Source: Diplonema japonicum (lineage: Eukaryota; Protista; Euglenozoa: Diplonemea). From it: a stretch of 64,000 nucleotides of DNA. The notes under the pieces were generated by a model that ran no database searches, was not told the origin of the DNA, and worked only from the letters and a program-made list of their open reading frames with translations. The stretch covers positions 372,001-436,000 of the forward strand of contig OZ025697.1 of assembly GCA_964019335.1 (NCBI GenBank), written 5' to 3'. A program made the translations under genes and the position numbers. Shown piece by piece: positions 10,581 through 21,935 of the stretch (positions are counted from its first letter, which is position 1; every line of letters begins with the position of its first letter).

Positions 10581-12437
10581 TCATCCCTTTCGTTTCGTTT
10601 GCCAAATCACACCCATTCTATCCGGGTAAAATATAATGGCGCACGCGAAACCAAGACTGACCATCAGCTTGACCAGGGTCACCACAGCAGGACCGGTAGT
10701 GGTGCCAAACCTCACGTCAGGGTCAGTGCACATATGTACCGCAAGGAGGTACCCTGAGAAGATGGAACCCGTGAGAAAACCAACCAAACAGTGTGACCCG
10801 AAGGAGACCCCTGTCAGAAAAGGAACGAAGAATGCGAGCAGAGCAAGGGGGAGCATCTTCGAGAAGCAACTCGATGGATCAACTGGTTCCGAAAGACTTG
10901 CCCAATTTATAATGTCACCCAGAGCACGTGTTATTATTGCCTTGAAGATGCAAGGCAGCGTAGGGCCTGCCAAGAAGCCAAGCACAACAGCTGGTTTCGT
11001 AATGTCGGCGGTTGTCATTCCGCCGGAAGATGCAACAGCGAAGACAAGAGAAAGGGACGAGAGCACCGCAGCCCCATTGGCAAGTGCCATGCTGTCGTCG
11101 GTGTTGCGGGCGCGGTGCCCCACAAGCTGAACCACCGAAGACCTCACATACTCCGGGACACCGTCCGCATGTGCTATGTTCAGAGCTGGACCGCAGGTGT
11201 AAATCGGCTTCGCTGCACCACGAACACAGGCAGCACCACACGCAACAAAGGCTACCCCGCACATCCCAGCCATGCAGCCCCCACCGAGAACAGCAAGAAC
11301 CACAAGGACAACAGGTACACCCGCACGAGCAGCCTTATCGTTGCAATACCTCCGACCAGCGAGTTCAATTAGGATACCAACGACAAGTCCTAGCACAGTG
11401 CATCCACCGAGGACGCCGCCATTTGGGTTGAATGAGAAGACGAAGAGTACCCACGCACAGGTGGGGAGCATGGCATGGAGGAACATCGGCTTGTCGTCGT
11501 TGTAGCGTGCAAAGAGCAGACTGCAGACGTGCACGAGAAGGCTCATAGGAGCCACAAGGAGGGGAGTGGCCACCCCGCCGCCCAGCACAGCAGCAGCCAC
11601 CACCGCACCGACAAGCGACTCCGCTGCATCAACGCTGTTTGCAGTTTCGACGAAGCACTCACCTACACTCCTGGCAATAACATCGGCGTCCTTCGGTCCC
11701 GTTTTGCCAACAGCAATTTCAGCCGCCGCTCTCGCATGGATGCCGTGGCCCACACGAAAGTACAGAGCGGTAAAGGAGGACCCCAGCACCACCCCGACCG
11801 GGTGCTTGTCGCTCCCAAAAACAGCGTAACAGAGAGCAATCTGAAAGACACCACTTGACGCAACAGATAGGTACGCACATATGCCGCCACGAAGGGCGAT
11901 CTGGTATGCCCGTGAAGGATCGGCATGGTAAGCATAGCAAGCGGCGGCGATGCGGGGGTTGCAGTTGGGTGTGCAGATGCTGCATAACAGCACAAAAAAG
12001 CAAGCAAACATAATGTTGATAAAAAAGGAACCCGAAGCGGTAAAGTTCCTCAGCTGGTCGACATAGAACGCGAGAAAAAGGATCACCAGGTACAGGGGTA
12101 CGTTGAAACAGCAGTCGTCACGGTGTTTTATAACCCTGAGAATGGCGTATGATATATATTCGGCAACACTGTACATCTCGTCCGTGCCACGGGGCTCTTT
12201 CAGCAAATTGCGAAAATATAACTCTTGAATAGAGTGCCCAATGGAGGAGCAAGCCATGGCACCCCACACAGCGAAGTGCGCATTAAGGCCACTGTCATCA
12301 ACATGCCATTCCTTAAACGCACGAAAAAGAGAGTAGCATGTAAATGGAATGAAGAACCACCCTATCATAATGGGAACGTCCACCCCGGGCTTATTGGCCC
12401 ATGGCTCCTTTGCTGCATGTTCTGTCTCGTCTAGCAT
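10581..12437 (-). CDS. Highly divergent membrane-bound H+-pyrophosphatase homologue (probable pseudo-enzyme)
   Basis: Many TM helices. Segments RVGHGIHARAAA, VIARSVGE, CGPALNIA...PEYVR, ITKPAVVLGFLAG and TTGPAVVTLVKLM are collinear with H+-PPase motifs. Confidence 0.8.
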   Translation of the reverse strand: MLDETEHAAKEPWANKPGVDVPIMIGWFFIPFTCYSLFRAFKEWHVDDSGLNAHFAVWGAMACSSIGHSIQELYFRNLLKEPRGTDEMYSVAEYISYAILRVIKHRDDCCFNVPLYLVILFLAFYVDQLRNFTASGSFFINIMFACFFVLLCSICTPNCNPRIAAACYAYHADPSRAYQIALRGGICAYLSVASSGVFQIALCYAVFGSDKHPVGVVLGSSFTALYFRVGHGIHARAAAEIAVGKTGPKDADVIARSVGECFVETANSVDAAESLVGAVVAAAVLGGGVATPLLVAPMSLLVHVCSLLFARYNDDKPMFLHAMLPTCAWVLFVFSFNPNGGVLGGCTVLGLVVGILIELAGRRYCNDKAARAGVPVVLVVLAVLGGGCMAGMCGVAFVACGAACVRGAAKPIYTCGPALNIAHADGVPEYVRSSVVQLVGHRARNTDDSMALANGAAVLSSLSLVFAVASSGGMTTADITKPAVVLGFLAGPTLPCIFKAIITRALGDIINWASLSEPVDPSSCFSKMLPLALLAFFVPFLTGVSFGSHCLVGFLTGSIFSGYLLAVHMCTDPDVRFGTTTGPAVVTLVKLMVSLGFACAIIFYPDRMGVIWQTKRKG

Positions 12438-12507
12438 GGAGTTCGTCCTCCTGAAGTGTGCGCTCAGGTGGAGAAAAGAAAAAGAGAAAAAAAAAGAAGG
12501 AGTCAAA

Positions 12508-13008
12508 TCACAGCTTGCTTTCAAAAAAACCGGTCGTTGTGTTTTGCAGGATCTCATCCCACGGGAACACCTTTCCTTGCATTGCAATGTACACCCCACT
12601 GGGAAGGGTACCAAGCGAGCCGACAGCGACGCCAACGTTGAACGCTGCGTCACTGTGCACAATGCATTCTGGCTTGAAGGCACCCGTCACCACCACTGTC
12701 ACTCTTGAGTCGATCAGACCCGCTAGCACTTTCGCTGTCTCCACCATGGTGCTGGTTCCGTGGGTAATAAGAACTTTCTGCGCCCCCTGCCTTTGTATTG
12801 CCTGAGCGAGCGTTTTCCTGTCCTCCGCAGTCATGTCCAAGCTGTCTTTCCGCATAACTTCGATGGTCTTGACCTTGAACGCAGGGTTCGCTCGCAGTAT
12901 CACCTTCTCTGCTGCGCTGCTCCCCATTTCGAAAGCGTACCCACCAAGCGTCTTGGGATATTCCTTGTCGATAGTGCCACCGCAGCTCAGAATTAGCAGC
13001 TCGTCCAT
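12508..13008 (-). CDS. Short single-domain L-asparaginase (bacterial short-chain type)
   Basis: GGTIDK, KDSLDM, ITHGTSTM, VVTGAFKP and SDAAFNVG motifs; 166 aa. Confidence 0.9.
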   Translation of the reverse strand: MDELLILSCGGTIDKEYPKTLGGYAFEMGSSAAEKVILRANPAFKVKTIEVMRKDSLDMTAEDRKTLAQAIQRQGAQKVLITHGTSTMVETAKVLAGLIDSRVTVVVTGAFKPECIVHSDAAFNVGVAVGSLGTLPSGVYIAMQGKVFPWDEILQNTTTGFFESKL

Positions 13009-13095
13009 TTCGGTGGAACGCCTGTCGCATTAAAACTCAAAAAGGTAAAAGGGAAGCAAAACAACGCAAAAAAAGAAAGATCAGAGACCGACAAT

Positions 13096-15030
13096 CTAAA
13101 CGAATGGGGCAACTAGGGAATCTATTGAAGGGAAGTGCAAAGGGGCATGCGGAGGAGCACGAGAAGGTGCGGGGCAGTCATAAATCTCGCCATGCCGTGA
13201 GGTCCCGACAAGGTACGGGCGGAGGGACGGTGTGAGCGCGTCGATAGAAGGTTTGTAGTTCAAGGAGGTGACCCACTTTGCATCAAGCTGCTTATCCACA
13301 GACTTTGTGAGGAACCCAGGCCTATCTGCATCATCGGTGGGTTCCAGCAGAGACGGCAGAGCTCCGTACCGTGCCTCACCCTGCTTGTACGATGTGATAT
13401 CTTTCACAGGCAATGCCTCTTTCACATACTCGTACTCAGCAGGGTGCTCTCGTGCAAATTTCTCCGCATCAAAGCCTGTTTTTTCCATGTCTTCAGCACG
13501 TTGCTGTAGCTTCCTTGCACGGTCGCCCCTTGGGACTCCCAGAACAGGTTGCGGTTCGTCCTGCGGAATGTCATGTTTCGGCCGCAAGGCGTTGATGATC
13601 TGCTCCGGGTTTCGCATGCCCATAGGGTGGTTCGAGAGAAGCCTCGCGGAGTTCTTGGGTTTTTTCTGTTTGCGTTCAGGCTCCTGTTCCTTCTCGACCA
13701 CTTCTTCGATGCTGACGTCTGTCATCTCAGAGAGACTAGTAACACCGACCGAAACGGAAACAGGTTCGGGAGCAGAAACAGAAACGACAGGAACACCCCT
13801 TGTGTGGGTTGCCGGCAGAAGTTCCGGTTGTGGTATTGACTCCGACTGCTGACTCGAGGCTGCATCCTCGCCCTCGTCTTCCTCTTCTTCTTCCTCTGCT
13901 CCCAGTCTGTCGATGATTTCAATTTCGGCAATTATCTTAGATGCAGACCACATCCACACAGACCCATTCAAAGAAACCGCTGCAAGTGTGTCGACTGCAG
14001 GAAGCTGCACTATCTGTGTGTAGGCAATGGGGGCGGGTGTTGTGTAGGTGTAGAGCACACGGAAGGAATCGCGTGAGAAAACGGTGATAACACCGGAGCT
14101 GGTCCCAATGGAGAACAGTTTGGAAAGCTTCCCAGTGGTGAGAGTGGAGGAGGTATGTGTAGATATGGTGGAGACAGCCTCTTCAGGTGACGAGGTCATC
14201 GAGGGGAGCAGATGGATGAGCTTTCCTGTTGTTGCCTCGCAGACCATTACGGCACCGCGGTCGTTCCCAAGCGAGAAGCACTCCTCTGTTGTGATCGAAG
14301 TAGTGAAAGGTGCGATGCACGTCACCCTGCCTGTCTCGACCATCAGCTGACGCACCACTACTCCAGTGCTGCTCTCCAAGATGTTTACAGCACTGTCTAC
14401 AGACCCTGTCACGACTCTCATCTCAGATGCAACTAGAGCCAATGCAGTCACGGTCCCCTTGTGCAGTGTGTCTAGAACAGCGACAGACTCGTGACTACCA
14501 GTGTTCCATATGCGGACCCCGCCTCCTTCGTCCCCTGAGACAGTGTACACGGTGCCTGCTTGAATTGCGCTTATACTTCGATTGTGTTTCCCAACGATAG
14601 ACACGCTGTGTTCCATTCCAAGCGGCTCGTCTATGAAGGCGCTGCTGCACAGGTACGGGCTGCACGCCAGCGAAAAGTACAATGTCAAGTCGGTCGGGTG
14701 AAATGATGTTGTTTTGATGTAGGTTTTCTGTGTTTCGCTGATGGTCGCCAGCCTTCCCAGATCCATCCACGGGGCCACACCCTCCTGCAAGACCGCGTAC
14801 ACCCTGAAGGACGTCACAGCCAAGTTCACGTACCTGAAGTACCCCCTGGTGTCCGCGATCACCAGACAGTCGCAACCCTCTATCCTCACCTCGCACACGC
14901 TGCTGACCTCCAGCATCGACTTGCTCGGGTCATTCCTCTGCGACTCGTTCAGCAATTGCAGGTACTCCTCAAAAGCTGCACTGCCCTCTTCTGTGTCTTG
15001 CAAGAGTTCTCTTATTACACAACCTTTCAT
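13096..15030 (-). CDS. WD40-repeat protein with an acidic, low-complexity C-terminal half
   Basis: H...ISAI...VSGDEGGGVRIWN and HKGTVTAL...VVTGSVDSAVNI repeats. Confidence 0.85.
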   Translation of the reverse strand: MKGCVIRELLQDTEEGSAAFEEYLQLLNESQRNDPSKSMLEVSSVCEVRIEGCDCLVIADTRGYFRYVNLAVTSFRVYAVLQEGVAPWMDLGRLATISETQKTYIKTTSFHPTDLTLYFSLACSPYLCSSAFIDEPLGMEHSVSIVGKHNRSISAIQAGTVYTVSGDEGGGVRIWNTGSHESVAVLDTLHKGTVTALALVASEMRVVTGSVDSAVNILESSTGVVVRQLMVETGRVTCIAPFTTSITTEECFSLGNDRGAVMVCEATTGKLIHLLPSMTSSPEEAVSTISTHTSSTLTTGKLSKLFSIGTSSGVITVFSRDSFRVLYTYTTPAPIAYTQIVQLPAVDTLAAVSLNGSVWMWSASKIIAEIEIIDRLGAEEEEEEDEGEDAASSQQSESIPQPELLPATHTRGVPVVSVSAPEPVSVSVGVTSLSEMTDVSIEEVVEKEQEPERKQKKPKNSARLLSNHPMGMRNPEQIINALRPKHDIPQDEPQPVLGVPRGDRARKLQQRAEDMEKTGFDAEKFAREHPAEYEYVKEALPVKDITSYKQGEARYGALPSLLEPTDDADRPGFLTKSVDKQLDAKWVTSLNYKPSIDALTPSLRPYLVGTSRHGEIYDCPAPSRAPPHAPLHFPSIDSLVAPFV

Positions 15031-15146
15031 TTTTATTTCCCACCCCTCTTTTTTTCAATTTTTTTTGGGGGGCAACTCATTGTGTGAAAGGGGGAAGAAA
15101 AAAAAAAATCTCTGGTGGGGGAAGGGAGGGAGGGAGAGTAACGTTG

Positions 15147-16058
15147 TCATAACGTGAAGACAGAATTTAAAACCTTTTCGACGACGGCGAAGGCAATGTC
15201 GTTCTCATAGTACGCTGCCTCGTTCACGAACAGTGCGTAGAGGTCCTTGTCCTCTGTGTCACTGGGAGGGGTCCACTCAATGACCTCCCCGTCGAAAGTT
15301 TGCAGGACGGGAGTCCCAGGAAGGAGCGGGGAGAAGTCTTTGAGCGTGCTGTGTGCTGCCCCATTGATGTCCCCATCAAGGCGGGGGTACGCTTGCGGAG
15401 AAACCGCCCCTCCCTGGTAAACGGGAACAGTATGGGAGCATTTTTCCGCAGAGGGGTTGTTGTTATGTCTGTTGATGTAGTCCAAGCAGGCTAAGAGCGC
15501 TTTTTTAGTGCTCTCGAATAGCCCCATGTCGACTACACCCCATGGAACAGGACCCACCTCCAATGTGAACCCTGACCGTGCAATGCTAGGGAGGACCCTT
15601 GGGTCTTTGTTGGCCCAGTTTACAATTTTAACATCGGTGTCAATTGTAGTGAGATGTGCACCTAGTTCATGGGAGAATCTATCGTCGGGGTGCATCATGA
15701 GCGCAAGCCCTGATGGAGAGGTGGTGTTATGCAAGTCAATCACAAGATCAAAAGCAGGAGTCTCGCTTCTTTTCGGTCCTAGAAGTTGATCCAGTTCACG
15801 GGCACGCACCCCTTCATATGTTGTGTTGTTTGCATCCAGTTTTTCAAAGCTGAACTGCCTGTTGAGGTCCTCCTCGGTGTATCTTGTGTTCTTCTTGATC
15901 GCGGCGGGGTTTCCCTCAAGAACGACAAGTTCGAAGCTATCCTCTCGCTTCATCCTTTTCAGCCATCTACTTAAGTACAGCCCTGTGCTCTCATTCCCAT
16001 GAGTTCCGCCTACAACGGCTACCTTGTTCACCCTTTCGTTGTGACCTAGCCATCTCAT
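15147..16058 (-). CDS. Aspartoacylase (AstE/AspA family)
   Basis: GGTHGNE, RYTEEDLNRQF, IDLHNTT, LEVGP and FVNEAAYYE motifs. Start placed at MRWLGH. Confidence 0.93.
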   Translation of the reverse strand: MRWLGHNERVNKVAVVGGTHGNESTGLYLSRWLKRMKREDSFELVVLEGNPAAIKKNTRYTEEDLNRQFSFEKLDANNTTYEGVRARELDQLLGPKRSETPAFDLVIDLHNTTSPSGLALMMHPDDRFSHELGAHLTTIDTDVKIVNWANKDPRVLPSIARSGFTLEVGPVPWGVVDMGLFESTKKALLACLDYINRHNNNPSAEKCSHTVPVYQGGAVSPQAYPRLDGDINGAAHSTLKDFSPLLPGTPVLQTFDGEVIEWTPPSDTEDKDLYALFVNEAAYYENDIAFAVVEKVLNSVFTL

Positions 16059-16271
16059 TGCTTCCTGTGGGGGGGGGGGGGGGGGGGGGGTTGCAAGGTA
16101 ATGATAGGGAAGGGAGGGAAAGAATATTGAAGAGGGGGCGGGCAATCCTCTGTCAACAGACAGGGTTTTCTATGATTCCACCATGGGGGGGGGTTTTTTT
16201 TTCTCTCTTTTTTGTACTTCTGTGTCCGGTCGGGTAGCTGTATACTGTTGCGAACTCTTTGTTTTCAGGGG

Positions 16272-16312
<41 letters not shown>

Positions 16313-16485
16313 GTAAAAACGTGGAGTAGACGAAAAAACAAAAAAAATGAAAGTGGAAAACAACAAAAAAAAAATAGACACGGCAATGACGACATTCTTT
16401 GTGCGCAACGGAAGAAAGAAGGGGGGGGGAAGAAAAAAGCAAAATCACAATGATAGGGAAGCTACAAAAAAAAAAAAAAAAGAAA

Positions 16486-18444
16486 TCATGCGTGGGATGG
16501 CACAAGGAGGTCGATCACGGAAGCAAGGGAGAGGTCCCCATCGACAGAGTCCAACTGCTCCTTGATGTCGGAGACGAAACAAGGGGTTGCGACAACGGAC
16601 TTTCGCAAAGCGGACTCGAGCACCGAAGACGCGACTCTACCATCCACAGACAAGGACTTCAAGCTTTCCGCAAGTTGTGCCCCACCGCCAGACGAGGCTA
16701 AAGCCTCGCTGATAGTTGCGATACGTTCACTCCGTCTACAGATACTCCATTCCACAGGGATGGACCCGTTCTCCTCCTTAACAGTAGGATCCCTGTTCAC
16801 GTTTGAGTAGGTAATGAACTTGTCTATCTGTACTGTGGATAGATACTCTAGGGGGAAAGCACTTCGAACCCTCTTCTTCGCCTTCTTGTCACGGTACTTT
16901 TTTTTGAAATCGTCATCCGTGGCGTCCGGACTGCCCTGCAGGTGGTGGTGCAGTTCTGCGAACCACGGTGACCATGCAACAGGTACACCAGCAAGCTTAT
17001 CATCGAAGAAAGCTTCGTAATCAACACGCGGCACGTCAGGAACGTACCCTTGCAAGTTGGTTGCGAGGAACAAGTTATTTATAATCATTGTCAACGTTGT
17101 ACTGTCGATGAGGCCTGTGTGGTTCGGGTCGTGTGCCCGTAAAACCCGCACAAGCACCTCACGACACTCCAAAAGAACAGATGCAACGAAAACATCTCGC
17201 ATCTTGATGGCGTACTCGTCCTGTGAAACCATGAACCCACCGTTCACCAGCTCTTGAAACGGTATCTGGCAAGGGTGGTAAGTTGCGCTCTCGTAAAAAT
17301 CGTCGATTTCAAGGTTCGCCCGCCATTTCTGCGGAACAGGCCTGGCTTTTCCCCCGCCTTTGAGCAGCAGTACCGCTGCATCGTTTGCTCCGCTGTAATT
17401 GGATGATGAAAACACCGTCCACACCAAGCCGCTGTGCAATGCTTCGACACCTCGTGCTGTGCATTCATGAGACCTTACAATGTACTCTATCCCTTCATTC
17501 GCCATCAGCCAGTTTTTTGTGTATCCCTCCCCAAACTCCTTCCCCACACCCCTGCCGCTGTGTTGCCAGTTTTCAACGCTGTTTGTTTTTTGTTGTGTGC
17601 GTGTGATTTTTTTTTTTTTTTTTTTTTTTTTGTTATCATACGAATCAGAGGGGTCGCTCCACAGGAGGTCCGTGACCATGTCGCGTTGTTTCATTGTGAG
17701 CTGTGCCCCTGTGCCGCGGGGGACAGCTGCTATGTCATCGATGGTGCCGTCGAAGAGCCCACCATGGCACACGAACACATAGTCATTCACCACAGCAGCA
17801 TACGGAAGCCATGAGAAAGCGGTCATCATGCACTCATATAGTTGCATGTTGTACTTTGCTATGCACTCATGGAAGAACCCGTAGTACATGGTGCAGGTTT
17901 TATCTTCGTGGTTCCCCTGGTTGATGTGGACTGCGTTGGGGGTGTACAGCTTCAGCATGAAGAGGAGGAGGATGATCTCGCAGGCGTTGTTCCCCCTGTC
18001 GACGATGTCCCCGTTGAACACGAACTGGTACCTGTCCCCAGGGAGGCCGTAGGTGTCGATGATGTGCAGGAAGTCCCCCAGCGACCCGTGCAGGTCCCCC
18101 ACTACCACCACATCTCCTGACATCTTTTTCACGCTCGGTTCCTGTTGCAGGATCAGGGTGGCCGCCATGATGGTCTGCATGGCATCCATGAGGGGGACCC
18201 GCCTCCCCTCACGTACTTCTGCAAGGACCCGTTCGATGCTTTCACGCGTCACGCAGGGAAGCCCCGTCACCTCTCGAGGGGCCATCTCCCTCAGCCGCTT
18301 TTCCATCCCCACAGCTACCCCGTTCGCCCCCACATCGGGGCGGTTCTCCTCCCCACGGAAGTGTCGCAGCACAGCCGCCCTCGCCTCTTCACTGTGCCAT
18401 CGCACCCGTGACCCCAACCGCAGCCCGCGAGAAAGGGCTTTCAT
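16486..18444 (-). CDS. PPP-family Ser/Thr phosphatase (PP5/PPEF-like, EF-hand-like C-terminus), paralog 1; intron 17579-17641
   Basis: GDLHG, GDIVDRG, GNHE, HGG, DLLWSDP, RSHE and TVFSSSNY motifs. The Arg-rich N-terminus resembles a mitochondrial presequence. Confidence 0.92.
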   Translation of the reverse strand: MKALSRGLRLGSRVRWHSEEARAAVLRHFRGEENRPDVGANGVAVGMEKRLREMAPREVTGLPCVTRESIERVLAEVREGRRVPLMDAMQTIMAATLILQQEPSVKKMSGDVVVVGDLHGSLGDFLHIIDTYGLPGDRYQFVFNGDIVDRGNNACEIILLLFMLKLYTPNAVHINQGNHEDKTCTMYYGFFHECIAKYNMQLYECMMTAFSWLPYAAVVNDYVFVCHGGLFDGTIDDIAAVPRGTGAQLTMKQRDMVTDLLWSDPSDSYDNKKKKKKKKITRTQQKTNSVENWQHSGRGVGKEFGEGYTKNWLMANEGIEYIVRSHECTARGVEALHSGLVWTVFSSSNYSGANDAAVLLLKGGGKARPVPQKWRANLEIDDFYESATYHPCQIPFQELVNGGFMVSQDEYAIKMRDVFVASVLLECREVLVRVLRAHDPNHTGLIDSTTLTMIINNLFLATNLQGYVPDVPRVDYEAFFDDKLAGVPVAWSPWFAELHHHLQGSPDATDDDFKKKYRDKKAKKRVRSAFPLEYLSTVQIDKFITYSNVNRDPTVKEENGSIPVEWSICRRSERIATISEALASSGGGAQLAESLKSLSVDGRVASSVLESALRKSVVATPCFVSDIKEQLDSVDGDLSLASVIDLLVPSHA

Positions 18445-18946
18445 GTTGCCTGTGGATAGGTACTAAGGATAACTTCGCGAAAAAAAGAAATAACATGTGA
18501 TATTGAAGGGAGTACAAAACAGCTACACATAGGGACCTACTAGTCACCCGTGAAGATGAGTGACCGTAGTGAACTGAACACGGAGAGTGGGACAGGTACA
18601 GTGTTACTGGGGGGGGGGGGGGGAGAATGGAAATACTAGTCACGTACACCCCCTCCTTTTTTTTCCTTCCCGTAGACAGTTTGAGAAGACGGTGTTTCCT
18701 CCGAGTGTTTCCTTGATGCGAACTGTCACACACGTGTTAGCAAAGAAGACAACGAGAGGCCGGACCGTTTCACACACAAGGGAAAGAAAATTAACAAGAA
18801 ACGAAAAAAAAAAAAAAAAAATTATACCATCGACATCGATCAAAACTCGATAAAATTTCAGTGTGCATGGGGGTGGTCACTGTTCAGATCAAAAAAAAAA
18901 AAAAAGAAAAAAAAAAAAAAAAAAAAATGGAACCATCAACAAATAT

Positions 18947-20987
18947 CTAGACACGGAGAGAGAGGAGGTCGATGACAGGGCGCAAGGGGAGGTCATCGAC
19001 GGAGGCGTTAAGTTGCAACTGTTCTTTGATGTCTGATACAAGGCAAGGCGTCGCATGGGCATTCACTCCTTGCAGAGCGGTCACCAAAGCAGACGGCGCC
19101 AAGACATTGTCGCCTGCAGCGCTGGCTTGAAGTGCTGCGACCACCTTGTCGTGCGCCTGGTTCGCTTCCAGAGTTTTCCGAATGTTCGCAATACGTTCGC
19201 TTCGCCTGCACAAACTCCATTCCACAGGGACAACGGGGTCCTCCCCACCATGCGGCGTATCCTTACTGTTCGCATTTGAATACCTGATGAACTTCTCCAG
19301 CTGCACCGAAGAGAGGAACTCTTTCGGGAACATCTCACGCACCCTACGCTTTGCCTTCTTACACCGGTATTTCTTTTTGAAATCGTCTATTGTCGCACAA
19401 GGGCTGCTCTGGAGATTACCGTACAACTCAGGGAACCATGGGCTCCATGTAACAGGCGGCGTGCTGCCAGCAAAGTTCATATCAAAAAAATCCTGATAAC
19501 TGACAGGGTCCTGCTCGGGAGCCTGCAGCCCAAAGCAGATGTTTCCCATCGTATCACGGAGGATCTCGCCCAGCATCTCGGTGCTTATGTAACCTGTCTG
19601 TTTTGGGTCGTGCTCGCGGATGGCATCTGCTACGACATCACGGCATTCGTTAAGGACGTAAAGGGCGAATGCGTTGGCGCTACCAGGGGGCGGGGGCTGG
19701 TTCCCGATGAGCATTTGAAAGTTTGTCTGCCCAGGGTGCCACACTGCACCTTCTGAAGGATCGTCAAGATCGAGGTTTACAGGTTTCCACACGTCAGCTA
19801 CAGGCCGCCCCTTGCTCTTCGCCAGTGCCGCAGGGAAGAGCAGCACTGCTGCGTTGTTCTCCCTGTGGTAGTTCGACGACGAGAACACCGTCCACACCAA
19901 TCCACTGTGCGCTATCTCAACACCTTTCGCCATGCACTGGTGCGACCTTACTATATACTCAATTCCACTGTTGGCCTCCAGCCATGCTCTTGTATACCCC
20001 TCCCCAAACTCCTTTCCAACACCTCTGCCTGAAGGCTTCCAATCTTTTGCTCTGTGGTTGTAATTGTTTGAACGAGAATGCTGCATACCCTTGCTTGCCG
20101 AAAGGCAGTCTCCCAAATGGGTCGCTTCGCCGCATTCTATGGAAGTGGTTTTTGAAAAAAAAAATAAAAAATTGACAGGCATACCCTTCGGAAGGGTCGC
20201 TCCACAGGAGGTCCGTGACCATGTCGCGTTGTTTCATTGTGAGCTGTGCCCCTGTGCCGCGGGGGACAGCTGCTATGTCATCGATGGTGCCGTCGAAGAG
20301 CCCACCATGGCACACGAACACATAGTCATTCACCACAGCAGCATACGGAAGCCATGAGAAAGCGGTCATCATGCACTCATATAGTTGCATGTTGTACTTT
20401 GCTATGCACTCATGGAAGAACCCGTAGTACATGGTGCAGGTTTTATCTTCGTGGTTCCCCTGGTTGATGTGGACTGCGTTGGGGGTGTACAGCTTCAGCA
20501 TGAAGAGGAGGAGGATGATCTCGCAGGCGTTGTTCCCCCTGTCGACGATGTCCCCGTTGAACACGAACTGGTACCTGTCCCCAGGGAGGCCGTAGGTGTC
20601 GATGATGTGCAGGAAGTCCCCCAGCGACCCGTGCAGGTCCCCCACTACCACCACATCTCCTGACATCTTTTTCACGCTCGGTTCCTGTTGCAGGATCAGG
20701 GTGGCCGCCATGATGGTCTGCATGGCATCCATGAGGGGGACCCGCCTCCCCTCACGTACTTCTGCAAGGACCCGTTCGATGCTTTCACGCGTCACGCAGG
20801 GAAGCCCCGTCACCTCTCGAGGGGCCATCTCCCTCAGCCGCTTTTCCATCCCCACAGCTACCCCGTTCGCCCCCACATCGGGGCGGTTCTCCTCCCCACG
20901 GAAGTGTCGCAGCACAGCCGCCCTCGCCTCTTCACTGTGCCATCGCACCCGTGACCCCAACCGCAGCCCGCGAGAAAGGGCTTTCAT
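18947..20987 (-). CDS. PPP-family Ser/Thr phosphatase, paralog 2; spliced across 20052-20184
   Basis: Exon 1 is essentially identical to that of paralog 1. ORF-track pieces 19959..21356 and 18947..20182 join in frame after removal of GTATG...AG intron(s). Confidence 0.9.
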
Positions 20988-21898
20988 GTTGGTCCGAACT
21001 GTTCTTAGTGTAATTTGCAACAATGGAAGAGGGATAAATAAAATAAAACAAAAAAAAATGAAGATAAAAAACCGGAACAGGGGGGGGGGGGGGGGGGTAA
21101 TTGAGAAAAAGATAAAAAAAAAACAAAGAACTGGAGAGAATACCCCAGTGTTGTTCAACATGCAAGCTCTTTCGTGCAATTGCACAGGAACATGGATGAT
21201 GCACAAAGCCATGTTTTGGGGTCTCCAGAGGGGAGGGGAGGATGGGATGAACGCATGAAGGGAGAGAAGAATCGAGATTGCACCATGCAACCAGAGAAAG
21301 GGGGGAAATGGGGCGGGGGGGAGATGCAGGAAAATGTTCGCTTTTTTATATTTCATCTTGTTTTTTTTTTTTTTTTTTTTTTTTTTTTTGTTATATTTCT
21401 TCTAAATGATATTCATTGAGGTGCACAATAATTTAAAACCTTCTTTTTTTTGATTTTGAGGGAGGGCGCTGGAAAAGAAAAAAGGAGAATCTTTAAAATT
21501 CTCTTTTTTCTCTTGTAGTTGTCCCCCCCTCAGCATAGCGGCGCTCGTTCTCTTTTATCTCTCTTTTTTATTTATTTATTTTGGTTCCTCCCCCTTAGGA
21601 ACAAGTGTGTATAATTTTCGCCTGTGTTTTTTTTCCCCCTTTTTTTTTCTATTTTCTTTCTTCCCCAGACCCTTTTTATCACCTTATACTAAATGCTCCT
21701 GTTCCATGTTCACTCACCGAAAAAAAAAGGACAATAACAAAAGAGTTGTTCTTGAAGGAATGGTAGCAGGAGGAAGAGAAATATTAAGATAGAAAGTATT
21801 TTCAGAGAAGCAAAAAAAAAAAAAAGAAAGAAGAAAATCAGCAGAGAGGACAAAGGAAGAAGAAGAGAAGAGGCCAGAGGGTTTTGATTTTATTTCGA

Positions 21899-21935
<37 letters not shown>

